Positions 21,020 through 34,063 of a stretch of DNA of 64,000 nucleotides are shown piece after piece. A program made the translations under genes and the position numbers. The stretch covers positions 148,554,001-148,618,000 of the forward strand of contig CM059431.1 in the NCBI GenBank assembly GCA_030390025.1, in the 5' to 3' direction. This DNA is from Squalus acanthias. Its lineage: Eukaryota. Within the stretch, counting starts at the first letter, position 1, and the number at the start of each line of letters is the position of its first letter. The notes beneath the pieces are model-generated. The model had not been told where the DNA came from, did not search any database, and saw only the letters and a program-made list of their open reading frames with translations.

Positions 21020-22300
21020 GCACAGAATAAACAAGCACTGAAACAGGCCATTCAGCCTAACTGCTCCATGCCGGTGTTTATGTTCCACAGAACCTCCTCC
21101 CATTCCTCCTTCCTCTTACACTATCAGCATAACCTTCTATTCCTTTCTCCTTCATGTGTTTATCACGCTTCCCCTTAAATGGAAAAATGCGATTCACCTC
21201 AGCCACTCTCTGTGGGAGCGAGTTCCACATTCTCACCTCTCTCTGGGAAAGTGCTTTCTCCTGAATGCCTGATGGCATTTATTTGTGACTACCTTATATT
21301 CATGGCCGCTATTTTATTCTCATAACTATTTAATGATTTCAGTTTTTATGAACTCTATTATAAATTTGTCAACACACCTTGTCTCACCAGCACGTTGTGT
21401 TAGTTTTTCCGCTGTCGACTTTATCAGATTCCAAGTAACGATTAGAATCCGGCTCAAAAACTGCAGAAGGCCGAATCTACACGTGAGAGCAGGACACCGT
21501 GGCTTCTGTTATCACAGAATCATTCAGCACAGAAGGAGGCCATTCAGTCCATCGAGCCTCTGCCGGCTCTTTCAAAGAGCAATACCAGTTGTGCCCCTCT
21601 CCTGTTCCTTTCCCACAGTCCTGCAAGTCCCTCACTTCCAGTATTGATCTAGTCCCCATTTGATGGTTATTATTGAATCTGCTTCTATCACCTTTTCAAG
21701 CAGTGCATTCCAGATCATAACAACTCGCTGCGTAGAACAAATTCTCCTCATCATCCCTTTGGTTCTTTTCATAATTATTTTACATCTTTGCCTTCTGGTT
21801 ACCGACCCTCCTGCCAGTAGAATTTATCTTACTCCATGAAACCCGTCATAATTTTGAACATCTCCCATATATCTCCCTTTTATATTGCGTGCTCTCTGGA
21901 GAAGAACTCCAGCATTTCTTGTCTCTCCGCATAAATTAAGACCGTCATCCTTGATACCATTGTTGTAAGTCTCCTCCGTGCCCATTCCAGGAACTTGACA
22001 TCTTTCCTAAAGCTGCCAAGATTTGGACACAATACTCCAGCCGGGGCCTAACAAGTGATTTATAAAGGTTCAGCATAACTTCCTTGCTCTTGTTCTCTGC
22101 CTCTATTAATAAAGCGAAGGATCCCATGTGTTTTTTTAACAATCTTGTCAATTTGTACTGCCATCTTCAAAGGCTTCTGTAAGTAAACTCCCAGGTGTCT
22201 CTTTTCCTGCACCGCGTTTAAAATTTTACAGTATAGTTTATATTGCCTTTCCTCATTTTCCTCCCAGATGTATCCTTAACACGTCTCTGCATGAAATTGC
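21020..22300 (-). mobile_element. Degenerate CR1 3' fragments
   Basis: VRMWNSLPQRV; NLYKSLVRPRLEYCVQ. Confidence 0.75.
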
Positions 22301-22309
22301 ACCTGTCTT

Positions 22310-23615
22310 TTTTACATTTTAATCAATTCATGGGATGTGGACATGTTTGGCACGGCCAGCAAATATTGCCCATCCCTAATTGCCGTTTAGAAAGTGGCGT
22401 TGAGCCGCCTTCTTCAACAGCTGCAGTCCGTGAGGCAACGTTTCTCCCACAGTGCTGTTAAGGAGGGAGTTGCAGGATTTTGACCCAGCGACGATAAAGG
22501 AACGGCGACATACTTCCAAGTCAGGACGGACTGTGACTTGGATAGGAACTTGGAGGTGCTGATGTTCCATGCGCCTGCTACCCTTGTCCTTCTAGGTGGT
22601 AGAGGTCGTGGTTTTGGGTGGTGCTGTCGAAGACGCCTTGGCGAGTTGCTGCAGTATCCAGTAGATGATACACACTGCAGCCACTGTGCGCCGGCGGTGG
22701 AAGGTCTGAATGTTTGAGGTGGTGGAAATTTGCCAATCAAGCGGGCTGCTCTGTCCTGGATGATGTCGAGCATCTTGAGTGTTGTTGAAGCTGCAACTCA
22801 TCCAGACAAGTGGAGAGTATTCCATCACACTCCTGACTTGTGCCTTGTAGATGGTGGAAAGGCTTTGGGGTGTCAGGAGGTGAAACAATCGCCGCAGAAT
22901 ACCCAGGATCTGACATGCTCTTGTAGCCACAATTTTAATGTGGCTGGTCTCGTTCCAGTTAAGTATCTGGTGAATGGTGTTCCTCAGGATCTAGTTGGTG
23001 GGAGATTTGGCGATGGTAATGCCATTGAAAGTCACGGGCAGTTGGCTCTTGTTAGAGATCGTCATTGCCTGCCACTTGTATGGTGCGAGTGTTATTGCCG
23101 CTTATCATCCCAAGCCTGAAAGACGACTAGGTCTTGTTGCATGCGGGCACGGACTGCTTCATTATCCGAAGAGATGCGAATGGAAGTAAACACTGCAATC
23201 GTAAGAGAACATCCCCAGTTCCGATCTTATGATGAAGCGAAGGTCATTGATGAACCAGCTGAAGATGATTGTGCCTAGTACACTTCTCTGTCCTGGGGCT
23301 GAGATTATTGACTTCCAACAACCACAGCCATCTTCCTTTGTGTAAGGTATGACTCCAGCCAATAGAGAGTTTCCCCCTCATTCCCAATGACTTCAATTTT
23401 ACTAGGGCTCCTTGATGCCACACTTGGTCAAATGTGACCTTGATGTCGAGGGCAGTCACTCTCACCTCAGCTCTGGAATTCAGCTCTTTGTCCATGTTTG
23501 GACAAAGGCTGTATTGAAGTCCAGGCTGAAAACAATCTGAGCGCCGGTGATTAGTTTATTGGTGAGTAAGTACCACTTAATAGCACTGTCTCCGACACCT
23601 TTCATCATTTTGCTC
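22310..23615 (-). mobile_element. 5'-truncated L2/CR1-group LINE
   Basis: VTALDIKVTFDQVWHQG, YKAQVRSVMEYSPLVW, LDIIQDRAARLIG; 3' tail at ~22310. Confidence 0.85.
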
Positions 23616-23718
23616 ATTTCACCAGTCTGTCTATGTCCTCCTGAAGCCTACTGCTATCCCATTCAGTGTTTACTACATTTCCCAGTTGCGTGTCATCTGC
23701 AAAAGTTAAATTTTTGCC

Positions 23719-23721
<3 letters not shown>

Positions 23722-23751
<30 letters not shown>
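23722..23751 (+). repeat. (TA)15 microsatellite
   Basis: Direct reading. Confidence 0.95.
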
Positions 23752-23754
<3 letters not shown>

Positions 23755-24125
23755 GAGTCATAGATAGAGTCATAGAGATATACAGCAGAAAAAGAAGTCC
23801 TTCGGCCCATCGTTTTCTCGCCGGCCATCAAGCCCTGTCTATTCTATGCCCATTTTCCAGCACTTGGTCCGTAGCCTTGTATGCTATAGCGTTTCAAGTG
23901 CTCATCTAAATGCTTCTTGAATGTTGTGAGCGCTCTTGCCTCTACCAACCTTTCACGCAGTGAGTTCCAGATTCCAACCACCCACTGGGTGAAAATGTTT
24001 TTTCTCAAATCCCCTCTAAACCTCCTGCCACTTACATTGAAACTATGCCCCCTTGTTATTGACCCCTCTACCAAGGGGAAAAGTTCATTCTATCAACCCT
24101 AGCCATGCCCCACATAATTTTCTAT
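23752..24125 (-). mobile_element. CR1 3' end fragment
   Basis: TRGHSFNVSGRRFRGDLRKNIFTQWVVGIWNSL; ATAGAGTC-type tail on +. Confidence 0.85.
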
Positions 24126-24129
24126 AACT

Positions 24130-27100
24130 GTAGAGTTCAGTTTGTCACGGAGTGCAGATCGGAACAGAGTTTTAAGCTGCGAGTTTGGTGAGTGAGGGAG
24201 TGAATCTTAAGGGTTAATCTCCTTTTTATAAAATCTAGTCTTGTGTGCTTGCAATTAGCATTTAACTTAAATTTTATATTTATTGTTTCAAGTTTTAAGT
24301 TTCTTCCAGTCTTGGGCAGGGCTAAGCAAGCTCTGTGCAGGAGAGCAGGTGAGAGTAATTAATTAATTAATTAGTCTAATCTGGTTCTGTAACTGCCAGA
24401 TAGCTCAGTTATTTCAATCTCAGCAGTATCAACAAGGGAGGCTAGCGTGCAGTTCGTCACGGTGTGCAGATCGGAACAGAGTGTGAAGCTGCGAGGTTGG
24501 TGAGTGAGGGACTTCGGGGAGGGAGGTGTTCCTTTCTTTTTCTATCTTTGTCAGCTTCCAGGAGAGCAGGAGCTAAGAATCTGCACAAGAGGGGACAGAG
24601 AACCAGCGGTGAGTATTTCTATAGTATTTCTACATTCCAGTCGTTAAAGTAAAGCTAAGGTCTCTAGTTTAGAAGAAGTAGTTTTTAAAGGGAGATAAGT
24701 TCCCTTGTTTATTTAATATTATTTAATTTAAAGGAACTAAAGGCAGTAAATTCAGCGTAGGACATGGCAGGGCAGCTCGGCAGCGTAGAGTGCTCCTCCT
24801 GTGCTATTTTGGAAGTCAGCAACACTTTAGCTTTCCAAGGCGAACACATGTGCATGAAGTGTCTCCAGATGTAGCTACTCGAAATCCGCGTTTCAGATAT
24901 GGAGCTGCGGCTAAAGTCAGTGTGGAGCATCCGCGAGGCTGAGATCTACATGGATAGCACGTTTACCAAGCTGGTCACACGGCAGGTAAATAGTGCACAG
25001 ACAGACAGGGAGTGGGTGACCGCCAGACAGAGTAAAATAAATAGGACGCTAGAGCAGGAGTCCCCTGGGTCCATCTCCCTCTCCAACAGTGTTTCCGTTT
25101 TGGATACGGCTGGGGGAGATAGTTTCTCAGGGGAATGCAGCAAGAGTCAAGTCCGTGGCACTACGAGTGGCTCAGCTGCACAGGAGGGGAGGAAAAAGAG
25201 TGGGAGAACCATAGTGATAGGGGATACTATCGTAAGGGGAACAGATAGAGGTTTCTGTGTCCGCAGACCTGACCCCAGGATGGTATGTTGCTTCCCTGTT
25301 GCCAGGGTCAAGGATGCCAGTGAACGGCTGCAGGGCATTCTGAAGGGGGAGGGCGAATAGTTAGAGATCGTGGTTCACATCGGTACCAACGACATGGGTA
25401 GAAAAAGGGATGAGGTCCTGCAACAAGAATTTAGGGAGCTAGGTATCAAATTAAAAATCAGGAACTCAAAGGTTGTAATCTCTGGATTACATCCGGTGCC
25501 ACGTGCTAATGAGTATAGGAATAGGAGGATAGAACAAATGAATTTGTGGCTAAAGAGTTGGTGCAGGAGGGAGGGCTTTAGCTTCCTGGATCACTGGTCT
25601 GCTTCTGGGGAAGGTGGGACCTAAACAAGTCGGACGGGTTGCACCAGAACCGGAATGGGACCAGCATCCTTGCGGGGAAGTTTGCTAGTGCTGTTAGCGG
25701 GGTGGGGGGAGGTTAAACTAACTTGGCAGGGGGATGGGATACGGAGTGGAGCTATAGTAGGGGGTGATGCACAGCCAAATATAGAGGAAAAAACAAGTCA
25801 GCCTGGAAGGCAGAGCAAATATGTAACGGCACAAGGGAGTATGGCAAGGCTGGAATGCATTTATTTGAATGCAAAAATATACTGGGGTATAGAATCTTCA
25901 GGCGAGATAGAGGGACGTGTTCAAGATTAGGGGGTGCGCAATATTAATCAAGCAGTCAATTACTGCAGTAAGGAGGGATGATATCTTAGCAGTTTCCTCT
26001 AATGAGGGCATATGGGTAGAACTTAAAAACAAAAAGGGGGAAAGCATTTTGCTGGGAGTGTTCTATAGGCACCCAAACAGTCAGGGGGAGATATAGGAAT
26101 AGACTTGTAGGCAAATCTCAGAGAAGTGTAGAAATAATAGGGTAGTAATAGTAGGGGATTTCAACTTCCCCAATATTAACTGGGTAGGCAGAGTGTGAAA
26201 GGCTTGGAGGGTGTGGAATTCTTAAAGTGCATCCAGGAGAGCTTTTTGAGCCAGCATGTAGAAAATCCTACAAGAGAGGGGGCGGTACTGGACCTAATTA
26301 TATGTAACGTAGCCGGGCAAGTGGGAGAAGTGACAGTTGGAGAGCATTATGCTGATAGTGACCATAATTCGGTGAGATTTTGGGTAGTCATGGAAAAGGA
26401 CAAAGATGGACCGGAAATAAATGTTCTAAATTGGGGGAAGATCGATTTGAATATGATAAGGCAGGATCTGGCCAAAGTGGACTGGGATCAGCTACTTGTA
26501 GGAAAATCCACATCAGAGCAGTGGGAGTCTTTCAGAAAGGAAATAATGCAGAGATGACGGTGTTGGACTGGAGTGGACAAGAATGAGAAGTCGCACAACA
26601 GCAGGTTATAGTCCAACAGTTTTATTTAAAATGACGAGCTTTCGGAGCGCTGCTCCTTCTTCAGGTACAAGTACAGTGAGGGAATCTATTACACAGTATA
26701 TATACACAGAAAACAAAGGTCTGCAGAGATACAATCTGTTAGGGAGGCATTACATCAAAGACACATCAGAGTACAGCTGAGACAATGAGGTTGGTCACAG
26801 GGGGTCCAACGTGTCAAATGCTGCCGTCTGCAGTTTAGCTTTTAACTTTTTTTTTGAACTGTAAAAACAGACAACGATGACTTTTTAAAAACAGGAAAAA
26901 CAGACAACGATGTCGAGTCACGTTCTGTAGCGTGACATGAACCCGAGATCCCTATTGAGGCCGTCCTCATGGTTGCGGGACCTGGCTATCAGTTTCTGCT
27001 CGATGATTTTGCGTTGTCGTGTGTCTCGAAGGCCGCCCTGGAGAACGCTAACCTGCAGATCCGAGGCTGAATGTCCATGACTGCTGAAGTGTTCCCCAAC

Positions 27101-29720
27101 TGGGAGGTAACAATCCTGCCTGGCGATTGTGCGCGGTGTCCGTTCATACGTTGTCTCCGTATCTGCATGGTCTTGCCGATGTACCATGCCGCTTTGCATT
27201 CTTTCCTGCAAAGTATGAGGTAGACAATGTTGTCCGAGTCACATGAGTATGTACCATGTACCTGGTGGGTAGTGTCCTCACGTTTGATGATGGTATCTGT
27301 GTTGATGATCTGGTATGTCTTGCAGAGGTTGCCGTAACAGGGTTGTGTGATGTCGTGGTCGCTGTTCTCTTGACAGCTGGGTAATTTGCTGCGAACGGTG
27401 GTACATTTGAGGTTAGGCGGCTGCTTGAAGGCGAGTAATGGAGGCGTGGGGATGACCGTAGCAAGGTGTTCATCGTCATCGATGACATATTGAAGGCTGC
27501 GAAGAAAATGGCGTAGTTTCTCCACTCCGGGGAAGTACTGGACGACGTAGGGTACTCTTTTGGTTGTGTCCCATGTTCGTCTTTTGAGGAGGTCTATGCG
27601 GTTTTTCGCTGTGGCCCGTCGGAACTGTCGATCGAAAGGAACTAGAGAGAGTACAACGCCAACATGTAACCGTATAGGTCAAGGGTGGGAACAAAAAGCC
27701 CAGGGAAACCTGGATGTCAAGGGATATACAAGAATGGATTAGGAAAAAAGGAAGGCTTTTGGCAGACACAAAGGACTAAAACAGTGGAAGCCATAGAGGA
27801 GTATAGAAAGTGCAGGTGGGTACCTAAAAAAGAAATTAGGAGAGCGAAGAGGGGGCATGAAAAAACATTGGCAGGCAAAATAAAGAAAAATCCCAAGGTG
27901 TTTTATAAGTATATTATGGGCAAAAGGATAACCAGGGAAAGAGTACGGCCCATTAGGGAACAAAGTGGCAATCTGTGTGTAGAGCCAGAAGATGTCGGTG
28001 AGGATTTAAATAAATATTTTGTATCTCTGTTCACTGTGGAGAAGGACGATGTAGGCATAGAAATCAAGCAGGGGTATTTTGATAAACTTGAACAAATTAG
28101 TATAGAAAGGGAGGAGGTACTAGCGGTTTTGGCGGGCTTAAAAGTGGATAAATGCCCAGGCCCAGACGAGAGTTATCCCAGGCTGCTGTGTGAGGCAAGG
28201 GTGGACATTGCAGGGGCTCTGACACAAATTTTCAGCACCTCTCTGGCCACAGGAGAGGTGCCAGAGGACTGGAGAACAGTTAAAATAGTACCATTATTCA
28301 AGAAGGGTAGTAGGGATAAACCAGGGAATTACAGGCCAGTGAGCCTAACATCAGTGATAGGGAAAATATTGGAAAAAATTCTGATGGCAAACGAATTAGT
28401 CTCCAATTGGAGAGGCAAGGATTAATCAAGGATAGTCAGCATGGCTTTGTCAGGGGGAGATCACGTCTGACCAATTTGATTGAATTTCTCGAGGTGATGA
28501 CTAGATGTGCGGATGAGGGAAGTGCAGTTGATGTGATCTACATGGACTTTAGTAAAGCTTTTGACAAAGTCCCGCATGGGAGACTGATCAATAAGGTAAG
28601 AGCCCATGGGTTCCAGGGCAATTAGGCACATTGGATCTAACATTGGCTTCGTAGCAGGAGGCAGAGGGTGATGGTCGAAGGTTGTTTTTGTGGTTGGAAT
28701 CCTGTGTCCAGTGCTGTACCGCAGTGATCGGTGCTGGGTCCTTTGCCGTTTGTAGTGTACATTAATGATTTAGATATGAATGCAGGAGGCATGATCAGTA
28801 AGTTATCTGATGACACGAAAATTGGGAGAGTGGTAAATAGCGAGGTGGGAAGCATCAGGCTACAGGACGATATAGACGGTTTGGTCAGATGAGCAGAACA
28901 TTGGCAAATGGAACTTAACACAGAAAAGTGTGAGGTGATGCATTTTGGGAGGACTGTCAAGGCAAGGGAATAAACTATGAATGGTAGCACTCTAGGAAGG
29001 ACAGAGGATCGGAGACAACTTGATATGCATGTACATAGATCCCTGTCGGCAGCAGAATAGGTAGATAAGTTGGTTAAGAAGGCATATGGGATACTTGCAT
29101 TCATTAGCCGAGGCATAGAATATAAGAGCAGGGAGGTTATGATGGAGCTGTACATAATGCAAGTTTGGTCTCAGCTGGAAAACTGTGTGCAGTTCTGGTC
29201 GACACACTATAAGAAGGATGTGATTGCATTAGAGAGGGTGCAGAGGAGATTCACCAGGATGTTACCTGGGCTGGAAAGTTTCAGCTATGAAGAGGGACTG
29301 GAAAGGCTGGGGTTGTTTTCGGTAGAGCAGAGGTGGCTGAGGGTGGACCTGATTGAGGTGTACAAAATTATGAGCGGCATAGATAGGGTAGATAGAAAGG
29401 AACATTTCCCCTTATTAGAGGGTTCAATAACCAGGGGGAATAGTTTCAATTTAAGTGGCAGGAGGTGTAGAGGGGATATGAGGTAAAACAAATTCACCCA
29501 GAGAGTGTTTGGAATTTGGAACTCACTGCCTGAACGTTTGGTAGATGCAGGAACCCTCACAACAATCATGAACCATTTAGACGAGCATTTGAAACGCCAT
29601 AGCATACAAATCTACGGACCATATGCTGGAAAATGGGATTAGAGTAGATAGGGCAAGATGGCCGGCGCAGACACGTTGGGCCGAAGGGCATCTTTCTGCG
29701 CTGCATAACACTACGACAAT
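24130..29720 (+). mobile_element. Full-length but decayed CR1 (second subfamily), interrupted by a Penelope element
   Basis: 5' UTR with a duplicated ~60-bp motif (24139, 24450); ORF1 esterase (IVIGDTIVRG, HIGTND); ORF2 pieces ([19 protein letters not shown]); many stops. Confidence 0.9.
26555..27635 (-). mobile_element. 5'-truncated Penelope-like element (GIY-YIG endonuclease) with hammerhead-bearing terminal repeat
   Basis: NIVYLILC..AWYIGKT..QRMNGHR, PVGEHF, EQKLI, GLNRDLG. Minus strand CTGAAGA-AGGAGCAGCGCTCC-GAAAGCTC at ~26635-26664. Confidence 0.9.
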
Positions 29721-31217
29721 ATTTTAAAGAGATAGTCTCTCCCTCAGGGACCCCATTTAAAGAGGGAGACTCACCATCAGGAACCCCTTTTAAAGAGAAT
29801 GTTTCAGCATCAGGGACTCATTTTAAAGAGAGAGTCTCACCATTAGGGATCCCATTTAAACAGGGATTGTCACCATCAGGGACCCGTTTTAATGATGGTG
29901 TTTCACCATCAGGGACCCCTTTTAAAGAGGGAATCACACCATCAGGGACCCTTTTAAAGAGAGAGACTGGCCATCAAGGACCCCTTTTAAAGAGGGAGTA
30001 TACCCATCAGGGATCACTTTTCGTGAGAGAGTCTCTCCACCAGGGACCACGTTTAAAGAGGGAGTCTCACCATCGGGGATCCCTTTTAAAGACGGAGTCT
30101 CACCATCACGGATCCCTTTTACAGAGGGAGTTTCAGCATCAGGGAACGCTTTTAAAGAGATAGTTTCTCCATCAGGGAGCCGCCCTTTTAAAGAGTGAGT
30201 CTCACCATCAGGGAACGCTTTTAAAGAGGGAGTCTCACCATCAGGCACACCTATTGAAGAGTGAGTCTCACCATCAGGGACCCTTGTAAAGAGGGAACCT
30301 TACCATCAGGGACGTCTTTTAAAGAGAGATTCTTTCTATCAGGGACCCCTTTTAAAGAGAGTTTCTCCCAATTAGGGAACCCTTTTAAAAAGTGTGTTTC
30401 AGCATCAGGGACACTTTTTAAAGAGGGAATCTCCCCATGAGGGAAGCCTTTTAAAGCGGCTCACCATCAGGGACCCATTTTAAAGAAGGTGTTTCAGCAT
30501 CAGGGATTCCAATTAAAGAGGTTGTCTCACCATCAGGGATCCATTTTAAAGATTGTGTCTCACCATAAGGGAGCATTTTTAAAGAGGGAGTCTCACCATC
30601 AGGGACCCATTTTAAAGAGGGAGTCTCACCATCAGGGACCCTTTTAAAGAGGGAGGCTTACTATCAGGAACACCTTTTAAAGAGAGTTTTCTATCAGGGA
30701 CCAATTTTAAAGATGTAGTCTCATCCTCGGGGACCCATTATAAAGAGAGAGTCTTTCTATCAGGGACACCATTTTATGAGATATTCTCCCCACCAGGGAC
30801 CCCTTTTAAAGAGGGAGTCACATCATCAGGGACCCCTTTTAAGGAGGGTGTTTCAGCATCAGGGAAACTTTTTAAATAGAGTTTCTCCAAAAGTGTACCC
30901 TTTTAAAGACAGAGTCTCACCATCAGAGAGTATTTTAAAGAGACAGTTTTTCTATCAAGTTCCCTTTTTATAGTGGGAGTCTTTTTTATCAGGGACCCCT
31001 TTTAAAGAGAATCTTTCTATCAGGGACATCATTTAAAGAGAGAGTCTCACCATCAGGGACCCCTTTTAAAGAGGGAGTGTCTCCATCAGTGACGCCTTTT
31101 AAAGAGGTTGTTTCAGCATCAGCGTCTCCAATTAAAGAGGGAGTCTCAGCATCAGGGACCCCTTTTAAAGAGAGAGTCTCACCTTCAGGGAACCATTTCA
31201 ACGAGCGTCTCACCGTC

Positions 31218-31437
31218 TGTGACATGAATCTTGTCATTCATGTATGAAATAATACTAGCCGGCCTTCTGGTGGCGCTGTCCAGGGAGAGTATAAATACTA
31301 GGGCATGGGCCCAGCTTGCTTAGGACATTCCTTTACAGGAACCAGTAAAGGATGCAACTAGACCTCCATGTTGAAAAACAGTTGATTAAAGCTTTGTTTA
31401 ACGCTTAGACCAAGTGCCTAGTAGTTTTCATACATCA
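31218..31437 (+). mobile_element. ~220-bp solo-LTR-like insert in the satellite, copy 1
   Basis: TGT...CA ends, TATAAATA, ATTAAA, inner TGTATGAAA/TTTCATACA inverted repeat; GTC on both flanks. Confidence 0.6.
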
Positions 31438-31800
31438 GTCAGTGTCCCCTTTTAAAGAGGTTGTCTCACCATAAGGGACCACATGTAAAGAAGGCATCTC
31501 ATCATCAAGGACCCTTTTTAAAGAGAGTGTCTCACCATCAGGGACACTTTTAAAGAGGGACTATCTCCATGAGGGGCCCGTTTTAAAGAGGGAGTCTACC
31601 CATCAGGTACCCCTTTTAATGAGAGAGTCTCTCTATCAGGGACCACTTTTAAAGAGGGAGCCTCACTGTCAGTGATCCCTTTTTCAGAGGGAGTTACAGA
31701 ATCAGGGACCGCTTTTAAAGAGATAGTCTCACCATCAGGGACCCCTTTTAAAGAGAGAGTCTCACCTTCAGGGAACCATTTCAACGAGCGTCTCACCGTC

Positions 31801-32020
31801 TGTGACATGAATCTTGTCATTCATGTATGAAATAATACTAGCCGGCCTTCTGGTGGCGCTGTCCAGGGAGAGTATAATTACTAGGGCATGGGCCCAGATT
31901 GCTTAGGACATTCCTTTACAGGAACCAGGAAAGGATGCAACTAGACCTCCATGTTGAAAAACAGTTGATTAAAGCTTTGTTTAACGCTTAGACCAAGTGC
32001 CGAGTAGTTTTCATACATCA
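31801..32020 (+). mobile_element. Solo-LTR-like insert, copy 2
   Basis: Near-identical to copy 1, same flanks. Confidence 0.6.
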
Positions 32021-33845
32021 GTCAGTGTCCCCTTTTAAAGAGGGTGTCTCACCATAAGGGACCACATGTAAAGAAGGCATCTCATCATCAAGGACCCTTT
32101 TTAAAGAGAGTGTCTCACCATCAGGGACACTTTTAAAGAGGGACTATCTCCATGAGGGGCCCGTTTTAAAGAGGGAGTATACCCATCAGGTACCCCTTTT
32201 AATGAGAGAGTCTCTCTATCAGGGACCACTTTTAAAGAGGGAGCCTCACTGTCAGTGATCCCTTTTTCAGAGGGAGTTACAGAATCAGGGACCGCTTTTA
32301 AAGAGATAGTCTCACCATCAGGGACCGCTTTTAAAGAGGTTGTCTCAACATCAGAGACACCTTTTAAACAGGGGATCTTAACATCAGGGACCCCTTTTAA
32401 AGAGGGAGTTTCACCATTAGGGACCACTTTTAAAGAGAGAGTCTTTCTATCAGGGACTTCTTTTAAGGAGCGAGTCTCACACTCGTGGACACATTTTAAC
32501 GGGAGAGTCTTTCTATCAGGGACCCCTTTTAAAGAGAATGTCTCCCCATTAGGGACCCCTGTTAAAGAGGCTCATCATCAGGAAACCCTTTTAAAGAGAG
32601 TGTTTCAGCATCAGGGACACTTTTTAAAGGGGGAGACTTTCTCTCAGGGATCCATTTCAAAGAGAGAGTCTCCCATTTGGGACACCTTTTAAAGGGGTTC
32701 ACCATCAGGGACCCCTTTTAAAGAGGGTCTTTTAGCATCAGGCACCGATTTTAAAGAGAGAGTCTCACCATCAGGTATCACTTTTAAAGAGGGAGTCTCA
32801 CCATCAGCGACTCCTTTTAAAGAGGGTGATTCAGCATCAGGGACCGCTTTTTAAGAGAGGCTCTCCATCAGGGACACCTTTTAAAGAGTGACTCGCCATG
32901 GGACCCATTTTAAAGAGAGTGTCTCACCATCAGAAACACCTTTGAAAGAGAGAATCCGACCAACAGGGGCCCATTTTTAAGAGGGAATCTCCCCATCAGG
33001 GACCCCTTTTAAAGAGGCTAACCATCAGGGACCCCTTTGAAAACGGTTGTTTCAGCATCAGGGACTCTTTTTAAAGAGGGAGTCTTTCTATCAGAGATCC
33101 CTTTTAAAGAGAGAGTCTCACCATCAGGGATTCCTTTTAAAGAGGGAGTCTCACCATCAGGGATCCTTTTTAAAGAATGTGTCTTAGCATCAGGGATCGC
33201 TTTTAAAGAGACAGTCTCATCATAAGGGACCCGGTTTTAAAGAGGGAGTCTCACCATCAGCGACCGCTTTTAAAGACGGAGTCTCACCAACAGGGATACC
33301 TTTTAAAGAGGGAGTCTCTCCCTCGGGGAAACAATTTAAAGATAGAGTCTTTCTATCAGGTACACCTTTTAATGAGAGAGACTCTCCACCAGGGACACTT
33401 TTAAAGAGGGAGTCTCACCATCAGGGACCACTTTTAAAGAGGGAGTCACATCATCAGGGACACCTTTTAAGGAGGGTGTTTCAGCATCAGGGACACTTTT
33501 TAAATAGAGTTTCTCCATCAGCGTACCCTTTTAAAGACAGAGTCTCACCATCAGGGAGTATTTTAAAGAGACAGTTTTTCTATCAAGTTCCCTTTTTATA
33601 GTGGGAGTCTTTTTTATCAGGGACCCCTTTTAAAGAGAATCTTTCTATCAGGGACATCATTTAAAGAGAGAGTCTCACCATCAGGGACCACTTTTAAAGA
33701 GGGAGTGTCTCCATCAGTGACGCCTTTTAAAGAGGGTGTTTCAGCATCAGCGACTCCAATTAAAGAGGGAGTCTCAGCATCAGGGACCCCTTTTGAAGAG
33801 GGAGTCTCACCTTCAGGGAACCATTTCAACGAGCGTCTCACCGTC

Positions 33846-34063
33846 TGTGACATGAATCTTGTCATTCATGTATGAAATAATACTAGCCGGCCTTCTGGTG
33901 GCGCTGTCCAGGGAGAGTATAAATACTAGGGCATGGGCCCAGCTTGCTTAGGACATTCCTTTACAGGAACCAGTAAAGGATGCAACTAGACCTCCATGTT
34001 GAAAACAGTTGATTAAAGCTTTGTTATAGCTTAGACCAAGTGCCTAGTAGTTTTCATACATCA
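33846..34063 (+). mobile_element. Solo-LTR-like insert, copy 3
   Basis: Near-identical to copy 1, same flanks. Confidence 0.6.
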
